From Bradymonadia bacterium (GTDB taxonomy: Bacteria > Myxococcota_A > Bradymonadia > UBA7976 > UBA1532): a stretch of DNA of 64,000 bases. The stretch lies in the NCBI GenBank assembly GCA_046290225.1, contig JBKAGE010000047.1:27006-91005 (forward strand), in the 5' to 3' direction. The position numbers and the translations under genes were made by a program. Position 1 is the stretch's first letter. Each line of letters begins with the position of its first letter. This document shows, in pieces, positions 1-9,459 of this stretch. The notes under the pieces were generated by a model. That model was not told the DNA's origin. It ran no database searches and saw only the letters and a list, made by a program, of their open reading frames with translations.

Positions 1-76
1 TTTCCTCGGTGAGTTCCCGCTTGCCCTGGAAGCGGTGGCGCAGTGAGCGGAAGCCTTTGCTGACGGTCTCGAGCAT
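1..76 (-). CDS. ffh: Signal recognition particle protein Ffh, 5' end only (runs off the window)
   Basis: Minus-strand ATG at 76 reads MLETVSKGFRSLRHRFQGKRELTEE, resembling the myxobacterial Ffh N-domain start (MLETV.KGF...L.GK.ELT). Only 25 codons are visible. Confidence 0.75.
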   Translation of the reverse strand, partial: MLETVSKGFRSLRHRFQGKRELTEE

Positions 77-174
77 GGTGTCTTCGTTATCGCTGTATGG
101 GGGGTGAAGGGGGCCGCTGTCGATGTGCTCGCAGAGGCCACGCCTGGGGCCCCAGGCTGGTCAAAACAGTCGTC

Positions 175-208
175 GCCCAAGTGATTTGAGGCGGCTCAAA
201 TCATGGGC
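175..208. promoter_or_regulatory. Inverted repeat in the divergent ffh / DUF262 intergenic region (candidate operator or hairpin)
   Basis: TGATTTGAG-GCGG-CTCAAATCA (182-203), a perfect 9-bp arm, extended by GCCCA/TGGGC. A perfect 16-bp palindrome GCCTGGGGCCCCAGGC also lies at 142-157. Confidence 0.45.
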
Positions 209-284
209 AAAATCCGTTGGACTCTAGGGATCGCACAGGGCATTGTCAATCGGTTGAACGGCCAGCTCAGCAGGAGGGCAGACA

Positions 285-1889
285 TTGAGCGAACCGCAAA
301 AGAGCGCTCGACCAGAGGCTCGCAGCCTCACGGTCGAGGCCATGCTTCGCGAGATTCAGAGTGGTCGCTTCCGAGTGCCTCACTTCCAGCGGGCCTTCAA
401 GTGGAAGTCCACCCATATATGCAACCTCTTTGACAGCCTCTATCAGGGGTATCCGATCGGCAGCCTCCTCGTCTCGGAAGACACAGGCGCTGCTGAAGTG
501 CGCGCCTTTGGCCCTGTCACAGTGGAGAGCTCTGAGCGGCACGATGCCTGGTTCATCGTCGATGGTCAGCAAAGAGTCGTCTCCATCGCGGGCGCGCTGC
601 TGCATCCGGACGATCACCCTCGAGGTGACGTACACGCGATCTGGTTCGACCTCGAAACAGAGACCTTTCACCGCCTGAGCAGGCGCGAACCCCCGCCCAC
701 TTGGGTACCACTCAACGCAGCCCGAAGCTTCGAGAGCATGCTCAGGTGGCTCACCAGTTGGCCGCTCAAAAGCACACGACCTGAGCTGGTCTCGAAAGCT
801 CAAACCCTCGTCAGCCGACTCTTGGGCTACACGATCCCGATCTATGTGTTGCGCAACGCTGACCGGCAGACTTTGGTCAGGGTGTTCGAGCGCATCAACA
901 CGTTTGGTGTGGCCATGCGGCGCGATGAGGTCTTCGATGCGCTCAACAGCAGAGGTCAAATACGCCCCATCGAAGACATGGGGCGCAGGCTTGAGCGAGA
1001 GGGTTTCGGGGCCATCAACCCAGGCTGGCTCGAGCAAATCGCTCAGGCGGTCATCCGTGCCGAGCCCACGGCGGCGTCTGATCATGGGCGCGCAGTGGCG
1101 CTCGCCGAGCCCGCCATCAGACGTACGCTGACCTTTCTCAGGGAGGACGCGTGCATTCCTCACGTCAAGCTCTTGCCCCACAAGTTGCCTTTCATTGTGC
1201 TGCCTGGCTTCTTCCTCAAGCACCCACACCCCACACCACGTGTCCGCACACTGCTGACGTGGTGGCTCTGGCGGGGCACCTTGAGCGACGCACACAGTCG
1301 CCCCAACAACACCGAACTCAGGCGCCTGTGGGACGCAATCGACGAAGATCAGGCGGCGTCTGCCCAGCGTATATTCGAAAGCACTCAACAGAGCTGGACT
1401 GAGGTATCGCTCACCCCACAGCTTGAGAGCCCTTGGAATGCAGGGCACGCCACGAGCAAGCACATCGCCGCAGCCATCGTCGCCGCCAGCCCCCTCCATC
1501 CCTCGACAGGCGCGCCCATCTGGCCCGATGAGGAGGCTTTGGGTGATCCCAGCAAGCTATTTCTGTCGCCCTTTGGGCGAGGCGGCCCCATCAGCAGCCG
1601 CTTTTTGTTGACTGATCCAGAGGGACTTCCACTCACAGCCGGGCAACAACAAGCAGCCTTCGAGACGCTGTATGAGGCATCAGCTTCCATCAAGGCGAGT
1701 CACGGCCTCGATGAGGCGTTCGTACGCGCCATCAGGGCAGGCGACGACTCGACAGCAACGCAAATACGCCACCAAAACCTCGCCCCGATGTTACGCACTC
1801 AGTTCGAATGGCTGACTGGCTTCGGGCGAAGCACACGGCCGGCGGTCAACTCCATCATCGAGCGCGCCCACAAGGTGATGGCTTCGTGA
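285..1889 (+). CDS. DUF262 (GmrSD/SspE N-terminal, ParB-like) domain protein
   Basis: Motifs VPHFQRAFKW, LFDSLYQGYPIGSLL, VDGQQR and FERINTFG. TTG start with AGGAGG about 7 nt upstream. No intact HNH motif recognised in the C-terminal half. Confidence 0.88.
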   Translation: MSEPQKSARPEARSLTVEAMLREIQSGRFRVPHFQRAFKWKSTHICNLFDSLYQGYPIGSLLVSEDTGAAEVRAFGPVTVESSERHDAWFIVDGQQRVVSIAGALLHPDDHPRGDVHAIWFDLETETFHRLSRREPPPTWVPLNAARSFESMLRWLTSWPLKSTRPELVSKAQTLVSRLLGYTIPIYVLRNADRQTLVRVFERINTFGVAMRRDEVFDALNSRGQIRPIEDMGRRLEREGFGAINPGWLEQIAQAVIRAEPTAASDHGRAVALAEPAIRRTLTFLREDACIPHVKLLPHKLPFIVLPGFFLKHPHPTPRVRTLLTWWLWRGTLSDAHSRPNNTELRRLWDAIDEDQAASAQRIFESTQQSWTEVSLTPQLESPWNAGHATSKHIAAAIVAASPLHPSTGAPIWPDEEALGDPSKLFLSPFGRGGPISSRFLLTDPEGLPLTAGQQQAAFETLYEASASIKASHGLDEAFVRAIRAGDDSTATQIRHQNLAPMLRTQFEWLTGFGRSTRPAVNSIIERAHKVMAS

Positions 1890-3082
1890 CCGAAGCACGC
1901 GCCGTCACAGTCCGTCTATATGGTTCGCCTGTCGGTCATCTGGAGGCCCTGGGTGATGCCGCCGAGACATACAGGTTCGAGTTCGCCCCAGAGTGGCTCT
2001 CTCGACCTGACCGCCCAGTCTTGGGTCAGCAATTCGAAGACCGCCAGCCTGGCCCTCTGATTTTTACCAATGGTGGCCTGCCGCTCTGGTTTAGGGGGCT
2101 CCTGCCCCAAGGGCGGCTGTTGCGTATGCTCAGCCGGCGCTGGGGGCTCGACCCTGACGATCACCTCGATTTGCTCATCGCCCTGGGCGCAGATCTGCCA
2201 GGTGCAGTGACCATCAACCAAACCTCTCGGCGACACAGCGCCACTGACATCAGCCCCGCTCCGACCTCCCACCCTGCCGACGCGACAGACCTTCAACTCT
2301 CGTTCAGCCTCACGGGCGCGCAGTGGAAGCTCTCGGTCAAACCCGGAGAGCGAGGCCTCATCGTGCCTGTACGCGGTGAGTCTGGAGACTGGATCGCGAA
2401 GCTGCACGACCCAGAATATCCGGGCCTACCCCATGTGGAGTTCAACACGGCATGTTGGGCACGCGCCGCTGGCGTACACACCCCAATGTTCAGGATGGGG
2501 CACGTGGATGAGTTTGCCCACCCTCTCCCAGTGGAGATCCCCACTGGGGATGGGCACCTTTTTTTGAGTCGTCGCTTCGACCGCAACCCGGTCTGTCATA
2601 TGGAAGATTTCGCTCAGATCCTCGATCGCCCAGATCAGCAACGAGGCATCAGCGAGGACGTCGCGGCGATCCTTGCGTTGATTTGCCCCGAAGATCTGCG
2701 CGCATTTGTCGAACGCCTCGTGTTCTGTGTGCTGAGCGGCAACGGAGACGCACACCTCAAGAACTGGTCTCTTACCTACCCGGATCGCCTCAACGGACGC
2801 CTCAGCCCAGCGTATGATCTGGTCTCTACGGTGCTTTTCTTACCCAATGACAACCTCACCTTACCCATCGGGGGGCACCGGGCGTTTGACCACATTGATC
2901 ATCACGCCTTTGAGCCGCTCGCCCGGGTCACCCGACATGACTTTGCCGAGATCGGTCAGTGGGTGCGCGAAGCCGCCCAACGGGTGAGAGCGGCATGGCT
3001 CGCCGAGGGTGGCTTTGACTTTACCGCGTCTCAAAAGAAGTCTCTTGAGGCCCACATGGCCCGTGTCCCGTTGGTTGGTTGA
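1886..3082 (+). CDS. hipA: HipA-family Ser/Thr kinase toxin (HipA N-terminal coupling domain + HipA_C)
   Basis: Motifs SLTGAQWK (P-loop), WIAK, RRFDR, HMEDFAQIL, GNGDAHLKNWS and LSPAYDLV; N-domain VGHL...FRGLLPQG...GADLPGAV. GTG at 1886 overlaps the upstream TGA (GTGA). Confidence 0.92.
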   Translation: MTEARAVTVRLYGSPVGHLEALGDAAETYRFEFAPEWLSRPDRPVLGQQFEDRQPGPLIFTNGGLPLWFRGLLPQGRLLRMLSRRWGLDPDDHLDLLIALGADLPGAVTINQTSRRHSATDISPAPTSHPADATDLQLSFSLTGAQWKLSVKPGERGLIVPVRGESGDWIAKLHDPEYPGLPHVEFNTACWARAAGVHTPMFRMGHVDEFAHPLPVEIPTGDGHLFLSRRFDRNPVCHMEDFAQILDRPDQQRGISEDVAAILALICPEDLRAFVERLVFCVLSGNGDAHLKNWSLTYPDRLNGRLSPAYDLVSTVLFLPNDNLTLPIGGHRAFDHIDHHAFEPLARVTRHDFAEIGQWVREAAQRVRAAWLAEGGFDFTASQKKSLEAHMARVPLVG

Positions 3083-3173
3083 GGGCGCAGCTCGATTTTT
3101 TCAACTGGCTGAGGACGAGACAGCGGGGTGCAGCTCAATGGCAAGCACAAAGACTTCAAGGGGTTTTTACCGT

Positions 3174-3565
3174 ATGAGTGAGCCAGATACGCTCGTTGGT
3201 CGGTGGGTGCTGTTCCCGTGGTTCGAAGAGCACGGCGAGGCACACTTTCACCGGATGATGTAAACATCGCCAAAGAGATACGGCCATACGGGAAGCTCTT
3301 CTTCGTCGCGCATCGAGATGGGAATTACCTGAGCGCCAAGTGGGGCGATCTGACCATTCGGCTCACCCCGTCGCTCGCCAAGCGTGTAGACCAGCCCTTC
3401 CATGCCATAGGCAGCACGCTCACTCTTCAAGATGGCCGCTCAGCCAAGGTGCTTGAGGTTCAATGGCACCATGGCCGTGCGGAGCCTTTCTATATGCTCG
3501 AGGTCGAGGGCAAGAAAAAATCTAAACGATATTGGTCTTCGGACATACGCGAGCAAACCTGTTGA
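3174..3565 (+). pseudogene. Frameshifted small protein gene (resembles, from memory, the DUF6960-like family); true pseudogene or sequencing indel
   Basis: Frame A from ATG 3174 gives MSEPDTLVGRWVLFPWFEEHGEAHFH and stops at 3263. Frame B continues PDDVNIAKEIRPYGKLF...WH...GKKKSKRY. One extra C at 3251 joins them as FHPDD. Confidence 0.65.
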
Positions 3566-3609
3566 AGGCATCCTGTCGGCCGCAGCGCTGCTCTGACCGA
3601 AGCCCTACC

Positions 3610-5886
3610 TCAAGGTGTGTCGACGCGCCCCCACCGCCAGGCCCCCCCAATCACGATCAGCACCCCAAGAAAGAACAACCCGGTGCTCGCGGAGAAGCGC
3701 CACGGCGCAAACCGCATGGCGATCGTGTGCTGCCCCGGCGGCACCACCACCCCGCGGAACAGGTAGTTCACCCGATGTACCTGGGCCGGCTGACCATCGA
3801 CGGTGGCCTCCCAGGCGGGATACCAGGCCTCGAGGAACACCGCGAGGCCGCCCGTCTCACTGTCCACCGTGGCCTCGAGTTCGTCTGGCGTGATCCGTGT
3901 GAGGCGCCCAGGTGTGGCAGCGCCCGCCTGGGCCTTCACCAGCGGGCGGACCTCGTCGGCAACATCGGCCTCGGCCATCACCGCCACCGCACCGGCCTTG
4001 GCCCTCAACCAGCGATCTCGAACCCTGGCCTCGTCTTTGACCACCTGCACGTTGGGGTACACCGCCACCTGAGGCGCCGCCCCTTCAATGCGCCAAACCC
4101 CCTTCTCCAACTCCACGAAGCCTTTGTCGCGCTTGATGGCCCCGAGCTGCATGCGGTGGGGCAGCATGCGATGGCGGGGGCCCCGCAGGTAGTGGCCGGC
4201 GCCGAGATGCCGCAACAGTGAGGGCTGACGGCGGGTGCGCTTGATGATGTCGTTGTAGCGGCGAGATCCTAGCGGGTCACCCTCGTACCCGCTCACGTCG
4301 CGTACGGCGAGGCGCACGCCCGGGCGGTACATCAAATAGTTGTCGTCATAGAGCCTGCCGGCGAGCACATCGTAGCCGATGCGCTCGATGACCGTGTCTC
4401 GCTCGGTCTCGGGCACTGGGAAGAAGTTCGATCCATGGACCCGGCTGCTCCCAGCCCATACGGCGATGACCGTGGCAGGCACCACCGCCCACGCCCACGC
4501 AGGAATACGCTCACCTTCGGCTTTCTGTCGCACCATCAGGATCACCACCCCCACCACCAGCAGGGCCAGCAGGGCCCCGAGGGCGAGGGCTTGCTGCTCG
4601 AGGCTCTTCGCTGCCTTGCCCCCCTGCCCCGCCATCACCGCGGCACCCACAGCGAAGCCCACGATGGTCACCAGAGCCACGCCACCGCAGATCCAGGCGA
4701 AGCGACGTCGGGCAGCGGCGTCGGCGCGCATCACCGCGGTGATGCCCACGGCGGCCCACACCGCCAGCCCCGCAGAGCAGAGCGCCGCATAGCGATGGGG
4801 CCCACGGAACAGCCCAAAGGGCGGCAAGATCGAGGCGAGCCCCTTGAGCAGGAACCCGTTGCCGCCCAACGCCACCAAAGCGCCAAAGAGGGCCAGCATC
4901 GCCGGCCACGCCGAGTCTTTGGGCCGCCGCCAGAGCGCCGCGCCGGCAAAACACAGCGCCAGCAGCCCATAGTGGAACCCACGGTTGTTCACGTCGGGCA
5001 GGAACAACCCCAGCAATTTGTAGGGGGTCAGATCGGTCCTCAATACGAAGCTCGCGCCTCGAGCAGTCCGCACCGACTGCGTGAAGACCTCTTGCACAGG
5101 CAGTAACGCCGGCGCGCCGAGCAGCACGGTCACCACGGCACCGAGACCCAGCGCCACCAGGAGGGGCTTGAAGTACGCCAGACGCTCACCTGCATGGGCG
5201 CGCCATCGCCGCACCACGCCATCGACGAACATGAAGGCCACCCCGATGAGCATGTAGAACAGCGAGGGCGGGTTCCCGGCGAGCACAGGCAGAGCCATCA
5301 CCCCACCGAGCATCACCCCCCGTCGCCAGCCTGGGCGCTCCATGACCCGGTCGAGGGCGATCCACACCCAGGGCAGCCACGAGATGGGCCACAACAGCGC
5401 AGAGGCGGCGAAAGAGATGATCGGCGGCGCCAGGGCGAACAGATAGCCACCGACCCAACAGGCGGGCGTCGCCTCACCACGTCGCTTCAAGAAGGCGAAC
5501 ATGCCCACCGAGCCGAGCACCAGATGCAGCCAGTTCTTCAGCGCCACGGACCAGTAGGGCATCTCGCCCCCGATCCACGCCAGGGGCCAGGTGAGCCAGT
5601 TCACCGGGTAGAACTGCCCCGCTTGCGGATCGGCATATGACGGGAAGCCAAGGCGCTCCCAGGGGTTCCACAGTGGGACGTCCCCCTGTGACAGCCACCG
5701 GGCCTGATAGGCCACGTCACCCCAATATTCGGTGAGCATGTCCCAGCCCAGGGCCTTCTTCTCTCCGAAAGGCGACCACAGGAACCAGAACACGGCGGCA
5801 AATGTGAGGGCATAGACCGCCGCCACCGGAAGCAGCTTCTTGAAGCTGATCGGCACAGGCGATCTCGAAGTGGAGGGGGTGCTCAT
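3610..5886 (-). CDS. YfhO-family multi-pass membrane protein (GT-C-like glycosyltransferase)
   Basis: PLWNPWERLGFP, FYPVNW, many transmembrane segments, C-terminal WYPAWEATVDG...VNYLFRGVVVPPGQHTI. Confidence 0.85.
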   Translation of the reverse strand: MSTPSTSRSPVPISFKKLLPVAAVYALTFAAVFWFLWSPFGEKKALGWDMLTEYWGDVAYQARWLSQGDVPLWNPWERLGFPSYADPQAGQFYPVNWLTWPLAWIGGEMPYWSVALKNWLHLVLGSVGMFAFLKRRGEATPACWVGGYLFALAPPIISFAASALLWPISWLPWVWIALDRVMERPGWRRGVMLGGVMALPVLAGNPPSLFYMLIGVAFMFVDGVVRRWRAHAGERLAYFKPLLVALGLGAVVTVLLGAPALLPVQEVFTQSVRTARGASFVLRTDLTPYKLLGLFLPDVNNRGFHYGLLALCFAGAALWRRPKDSAWPAMLALFGALVALGGNGFLLKGLASILPPFGLFRGPHRYAALCSAGLAVWAAVGITAVMRADAAARRRFAWICGGVALVTIVGFAVGAAVMAGQGGKAAKSLEQQALALGALLALLVVGVVILMVRQKAEGERIPAWAWAVVPATVIAVWAGSSRVHGSNFFPVPETERDTVIERIGYDVLAGRLYDDNYLMYRPGVRLAVRDVSGYEGDPLGSRRYNDIIKRTRRQPSLLRHLGAGHYLRGPRHRMLPHRMQLGAIKRDKGFVELEKGVWRIEGAAPQVAVYPNVQVVKDEARVRDRWLRAKAGAVAVMAEADVADEVRPLVKAQAGAATPGRLTRITPDELEATVDSETGGLAVFLEAWYPAWEATVDGQPAQVHRVNYLFRGVVVPPGQHTIAMRFAPWRFSASTGLFFLGVLIVIGGAWRWGRVDTP

Positions 5887-5945
5887 GGGGCATGGGCATA
5901 CCGCGTCGACGCGATGCGGCCAAGGCAGAAATCAGCTCGGGGCCT

Positions 5946-6830
5946 TCAGGTCCCCGGAGGGGCGATGACCACCATGTCCTCGATGAAGGCGGGATCCCCG
6001 CTGTTGCTCGTACGGCTCAGCACCTGCCAGCGGTTTCGGCCACAGTCGCCGGTGTCCACCCACACTTTCTCGATCTCCGAGGTCTCGTTGACGAAGGAGC
6101 TCTGCGTCGTGTTCGACCCTGTCCTGCCCCCGTCATCCCTGGCGGAGTCAGCCCAGCTCAGGCGCCGGAAGTCCTGGTAGCGATAGATGGTGGTGGGCAC
6201 CACCCAGTGACCCCCCTGGCGGGTGTACCGGGTGCCTGCAGCGTTGGGCTGGTAGTAGCCAAATCGCACGATGACGATGTGCCCCGCCTCGAGGTGGTCG
6301 AAGATTTTACGTGGGTTGGTGATGTCGTAGTTCCCCAGGTTCCGGCACTCTTTCTGACCTTCCCGCGTGATGGTGAAGTCGTCAGGGAGCATCACCCTGA
6401 GGCCATCGACCATGCCGGAGATGTCGGTCCCGTTGACGGGATCGGTCTCCATGGCGTCGGCAACATCGGCGATGAGGCCATCACCCAGTCGCACCTTCAG
6501 CGCGTTGCCGACCAGCCTGGCAGTGCGCTCGCGGCCCGTGACACCGGCAGTGGTCTCCGGCTCGAGATCCACGTCTCCAGGATCGATCTCCGGAAACCCT
6601 TCCCGGGCGAAGTAGTTGAGCACGTTGGCGCCCGCCGTGGGCCCGCAGTACATCGCGCCCTGACGGCGCTCAGGCCCCCAACTGGCAGGATCACGGCTCT
6701 GATCGAGATCAGTCATCCCCTGAACGGTGGCCAGAAACGACACGCCATCGGCGCCTTCGACAGCGGTGATGTCGGCATGGGCTGTGGTCGAAGCAAAGGT
6801 CAGGGCTGCGAGGGTCAACAATCGGCGCAT
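5946..6830 (-). CDS. Secreted papain-like (C39-like) cysteine peptidase domain protein
   Basis: Signal peptide MRRLLTLAALTFASTTAHA; YCGPTAGAN (Cys) and GGHWV (His) motifs. Confidence 0.6.
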   Translation of the reverse strand: MRRLLTLAALTFASTTAHADITAVEGADGVSFLATVQGMTDLDQSRDPASWGPERRQGAMYCGPTAGANVLNYFAREGFPEIDPGDVDLEPETTAGVTGRERTARLVGNALKVRLGDGLIADVADAMETDPVNGTDISGMVDGLRVMLPDDFTITREGQKECRNLGNYDITNPRKIFDHLEAGHIVIVRFGYYQPNAAGTRYTRQGGHWVVPTTIYRYQDFRRLSWADSARDDGGRTGSNTTQSSFVNETSEIEKVWVDTGDCGRNRWQVLSRTSNSGDPAFIEDMVVIAPPGT

Positions 6831-7064
6831 GGGATCACTCCTTTCATCGTGGTCGATGTGGAGTTCGCAGCCTCGGCACAGCATCTGACATACACACCCC
6901 AAAAGGGGTCACTGTGAACCGCGGGCACACTCCCCTGTGAACCGCAGGCACGGTCGTCGTGAAATATTCACCACAAATGCGCGAAACAGGGCTTTTTCGA
7001 GTTCGGCACGCATCGTGCTCAAGAGGTCAGGGTCTTTCGATTCACGTTTTTCCGGAGCACCCAT

Positions 7065-7751
7065 ATGAACGCGACCAACCAGCAGAAGCTCGACCAGCAA
7101 AAGCTCGCCCAGAAGCTCAAGCAGCAAAAGCTGCGCGCTGAAGACGCCGCCCTCGTACGTGCCGCTCAAGAAGACGACGCACAGGCCTTCCGCACCTTGG
7201 TGGAGCGCAACCAGCGCCGCGCCCACCACGTCGCCCTTTCGATCCTCAAAGACGCCGACGACGCCCACGATGCCACTCAGGAGGCCTTCGTCCGGGCCCA
7301 CCGTAACCTCAAGCGGTTCAACGGCGAGTGCACGTTTTGGACATGGCTCTACCGCATCGTGGTCAACGTATGTATCGACGCCCGCCGCAAGCGCAAGCGC
7401 ATGCCCACCGTGAGCTTCGAGGATGCATGGGCCGTAGGCAGTGAGGCGACGATCCTGCCCTTCTGCTCCGACATGCGCCTCGCTCACCCGGGCCACGCTC
7501 TGGAGCAGCAGGAGCTCGGCCAGATGCTCAAAGAAGCCTTCAACGGCCTGAGCGAGGCCCACCGCGACATCCTGATGATGCGCGAGGTGGACTGCATGAG
7601 CTACGCGGAGATCGCCGAGCGCCTCGGCTGCGCCCCTGGCACGGTGATGAGCCGCCTGCACCACGCCCGCCACAACTTCCGCAAGGCGTTTGGGCCTTAC
7701 ATGAAGCGCGGCGGGCGGCCGAAGAAGATCATTACGCGGTTGGCGGCCTGA
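7065..7751 (+). CDS. ECF-family RNA polymerase sigma factor
   Basis: Region 2 DAHDATQEAF...FWTWLYRIVVNVCID; region 4 SYAEIAERLGCAPGTVMSRLHHAR. Confidence 0.93.
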   Translation: MNATNQQKLDQQKLAQKLKQQKLRAEDAALVRAAQEDDAQAFRTLVERNQRRAHHVALSILKDADDAHDATQEAFVRAHRNLKRFNGECTFWTWLYRIVVNVCIDARRKRKRMPTVSFEDAWAVGSEATILPFCSDMRLAHPGHALEQQELGQMLKEAFNGLSEAHRDILMMREVDCMSYAEIAERLGCAPGTVMSRLHHARHNFRKAFGPYMKRGGRPKKIITRLAA

Positions 7752-8580
7752 GTGGGTGAGCGGACGGCGTGCTTTGGCACGGGCGCCGCTCAGGACACAC
7801 ACCGTTGAGCGACCAGTCCACCGGCACGAACTTCACCGACGGTGACCCTTCCACCACCTTCGCGTTGTACTTCTTGATGTACGCGATCGGATCCCCCAGA
7901 TCCCCCTTGTACCACTCGAACAGCTGGCTCAAGTGCAGCGTGTCCCCCTCGCGGCGTACATAGCGCTCGTCAGCAGTGATGCGCGTCGCCGCCTGCTCCA
8001 GGCGATCCAACACATCCTCTTCCGAGAAGGCTGTGCGCTCCAGCGGAGCCGAGCCCTTCGCTGCCTTGCTCAGCACGAAGTGGATCGCCCCGTTGTGGCG
8101 GAACACCTCGCGGATCAACTCCTGCTCCACCGTGTCGAGGGTGACCTTCGAATCGCCCATGGCGTAGCCCACCCGCCAGAAGAAGCCTCCGCTGAAGTAA
8201 GCGTCCTGCACTGAGTTGAGCGGGCAGGACTCCAGCACCCCAGCGAGCACAAAGGCGTTGTAGGCGTTGATGTAATACGCCAGGCGGGCCTTGTCGGTCT
8301 TGAAGCGGTGAGGCGCCGAGGCCGGGCTCGTACCCCGGATCATGCCCAGGTAACGGTCCAGATCACCACGGGCGCCGGCGAGGGCCTTGTAGTCCACAGT
8401 GCCATCTTCGGCCACCACGCGCTGCAGCACTGTGGTCCAGGCGCTGTGATCGAAGCCCACCTCGGGTGGGGGCACCGGCGCCGCCTCCGGGCCGGAGATG
8501 CCACCAGGGCGGAGCCAGTACAAGGTGACCATCACCACAGTGGCGACGATCACCAGCCAGGAAGATTTGAGGAAGTTCAT
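7732..8580 (-). CDS. DUF547 domain protein, N-terminally anchored
   Basis: FDHSAW, GTVDY, LAYYINAYNA, IHFVL, LSQLFEWYKGD and DWSLN motifs. Confidence 0.85.
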   Translation of the reverse strand: MNFLKSSWLVIVATVVMVTLYWLRPGGISGPEAAPVPPPEVGFDHSAWTTVLQRVVAEDGTVDYKALAGARGDLDRYLGMIRGTSPASAPHRFKTDKARLAYYINAYNAFVLAGVLESCPLNSVQDAYFSGGFFWRVGYAMGDSKVTLDTVEQELIREVFRHNGAIHFVLSKAAKGSAPLERTAFSEEDVLDRLEQAATRITADERYVRREGDTLHLSQLFEWYKGDLGDPIAYIKKYNAKVVEGSPSVKFVPVDWSLNGVCPERRPCQSTPSAHPLRPPTA

Positions 8581-8626
8581 CGGCCCTCCCGAGGGATCAG
8601 CAGAGGGAGAGGCCGCGGGGCGGGGC

Positions 8627-9244
8627 TCAGGCGGCGAGGGGCTCCAGCGCCTCGGCCTCCATCAGGGAGCGCACCTGCTTGCGGGCTCGGTGCAGTCGGG
8701 ACTTCACCGCCGGCACCGAGAGGCCAGAACGATCTCGGATCTGCTTGAGATCGAGGCCTTCCTCCACCCAGAGTCGCAGGATGCTGCCATATTGCGGCGG
8801 CAAGCGCGAGATGGCCCCTTCGACGCGGTTGGCGAGCTCGGTGCCCACGGCCATCTCGTCCGGGGAGAAAGGCCGGGAGCCTCGACCCATCACCGCGGCG
8901 CCGTCCACCGCCTGCTCGGAGTCGTGCAGGCGATCGTCGATCGAGTCGGTGCGACGACGGCGCCGGGAGCGCAGGTTCATGCGCACGCAGTTGAGGACGA
9001 TGCGGGCGATCCAGGCCCGGAAGCCACCGAAGGTGTCGCCCTGGAACGTGTGCAGCTTGGTGAAGATGCGCAGGGTGACCTCCTGGGCCACGTCCTCCGC
9101 CTCGTCCGGATCACCGAGGGCCTTGAGGGCCCGCCAGTAGATGTCGTTGCGCAAGGGCTCGATGAGCGCGTGCATCGCCCGCTCGTCTCCGTTGCGGGCC
9201 TTGTCGAGGAGCATGGGGAACTCGGGATGCTCTGTGCGTGCCAT
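8627..9244 (-). CDS. ECF-family RNA polymerase sigma factor
   Basis: EAEDVAQEV...FRAWIARIVLN; region 4 SVPAVKSRLHRAR. Confidence 0.92.
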   Translation of the reverse strand: MARTEHPEFPMLLDKARNGDERAMHALIEPLRNDIYWRALKALGDPDEAEDVAQEVTLRIFTKLHTFQGDTFGGFRAWIARIVLNCVRMNLRSRRRRRTDSIDDRLHDSEQAVDGAAVMGRGSRPFSPDEMAVGTELANRVEGAISRLPPQYGSILRLWVEEGLDLKQIRDRSGLSVPAVKSRLHRARKQVRSLMEAEALEPLAA

Positions 9245-9459
9245 GGGTACTGCCTTTCAAAATCTCTTGTGCGTTTACAACCTGGATAACGAACGACGTC
9301 TTCCCGTTGTTACTTTTTTTGTTACATTTAACCTCACACAAACGTTTTATGCTTTCATCACGAGCACTTGGCCTATTCAAAAAAAGCACTTCGTCTTCAG
9401 GCTTGAGTGAATGGGCCCTCTTCACCGAACATTGAGTCGACGACAGAAGGGCTCATGGA

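Noticed and set aside
1808..1885. ORF-track start for HipA at 1808
   Set aside because: Would overlap the DUF262 gene by 82 nt; GTG 1886 gives a GTGA coupling and a normal HipA N-terminus.
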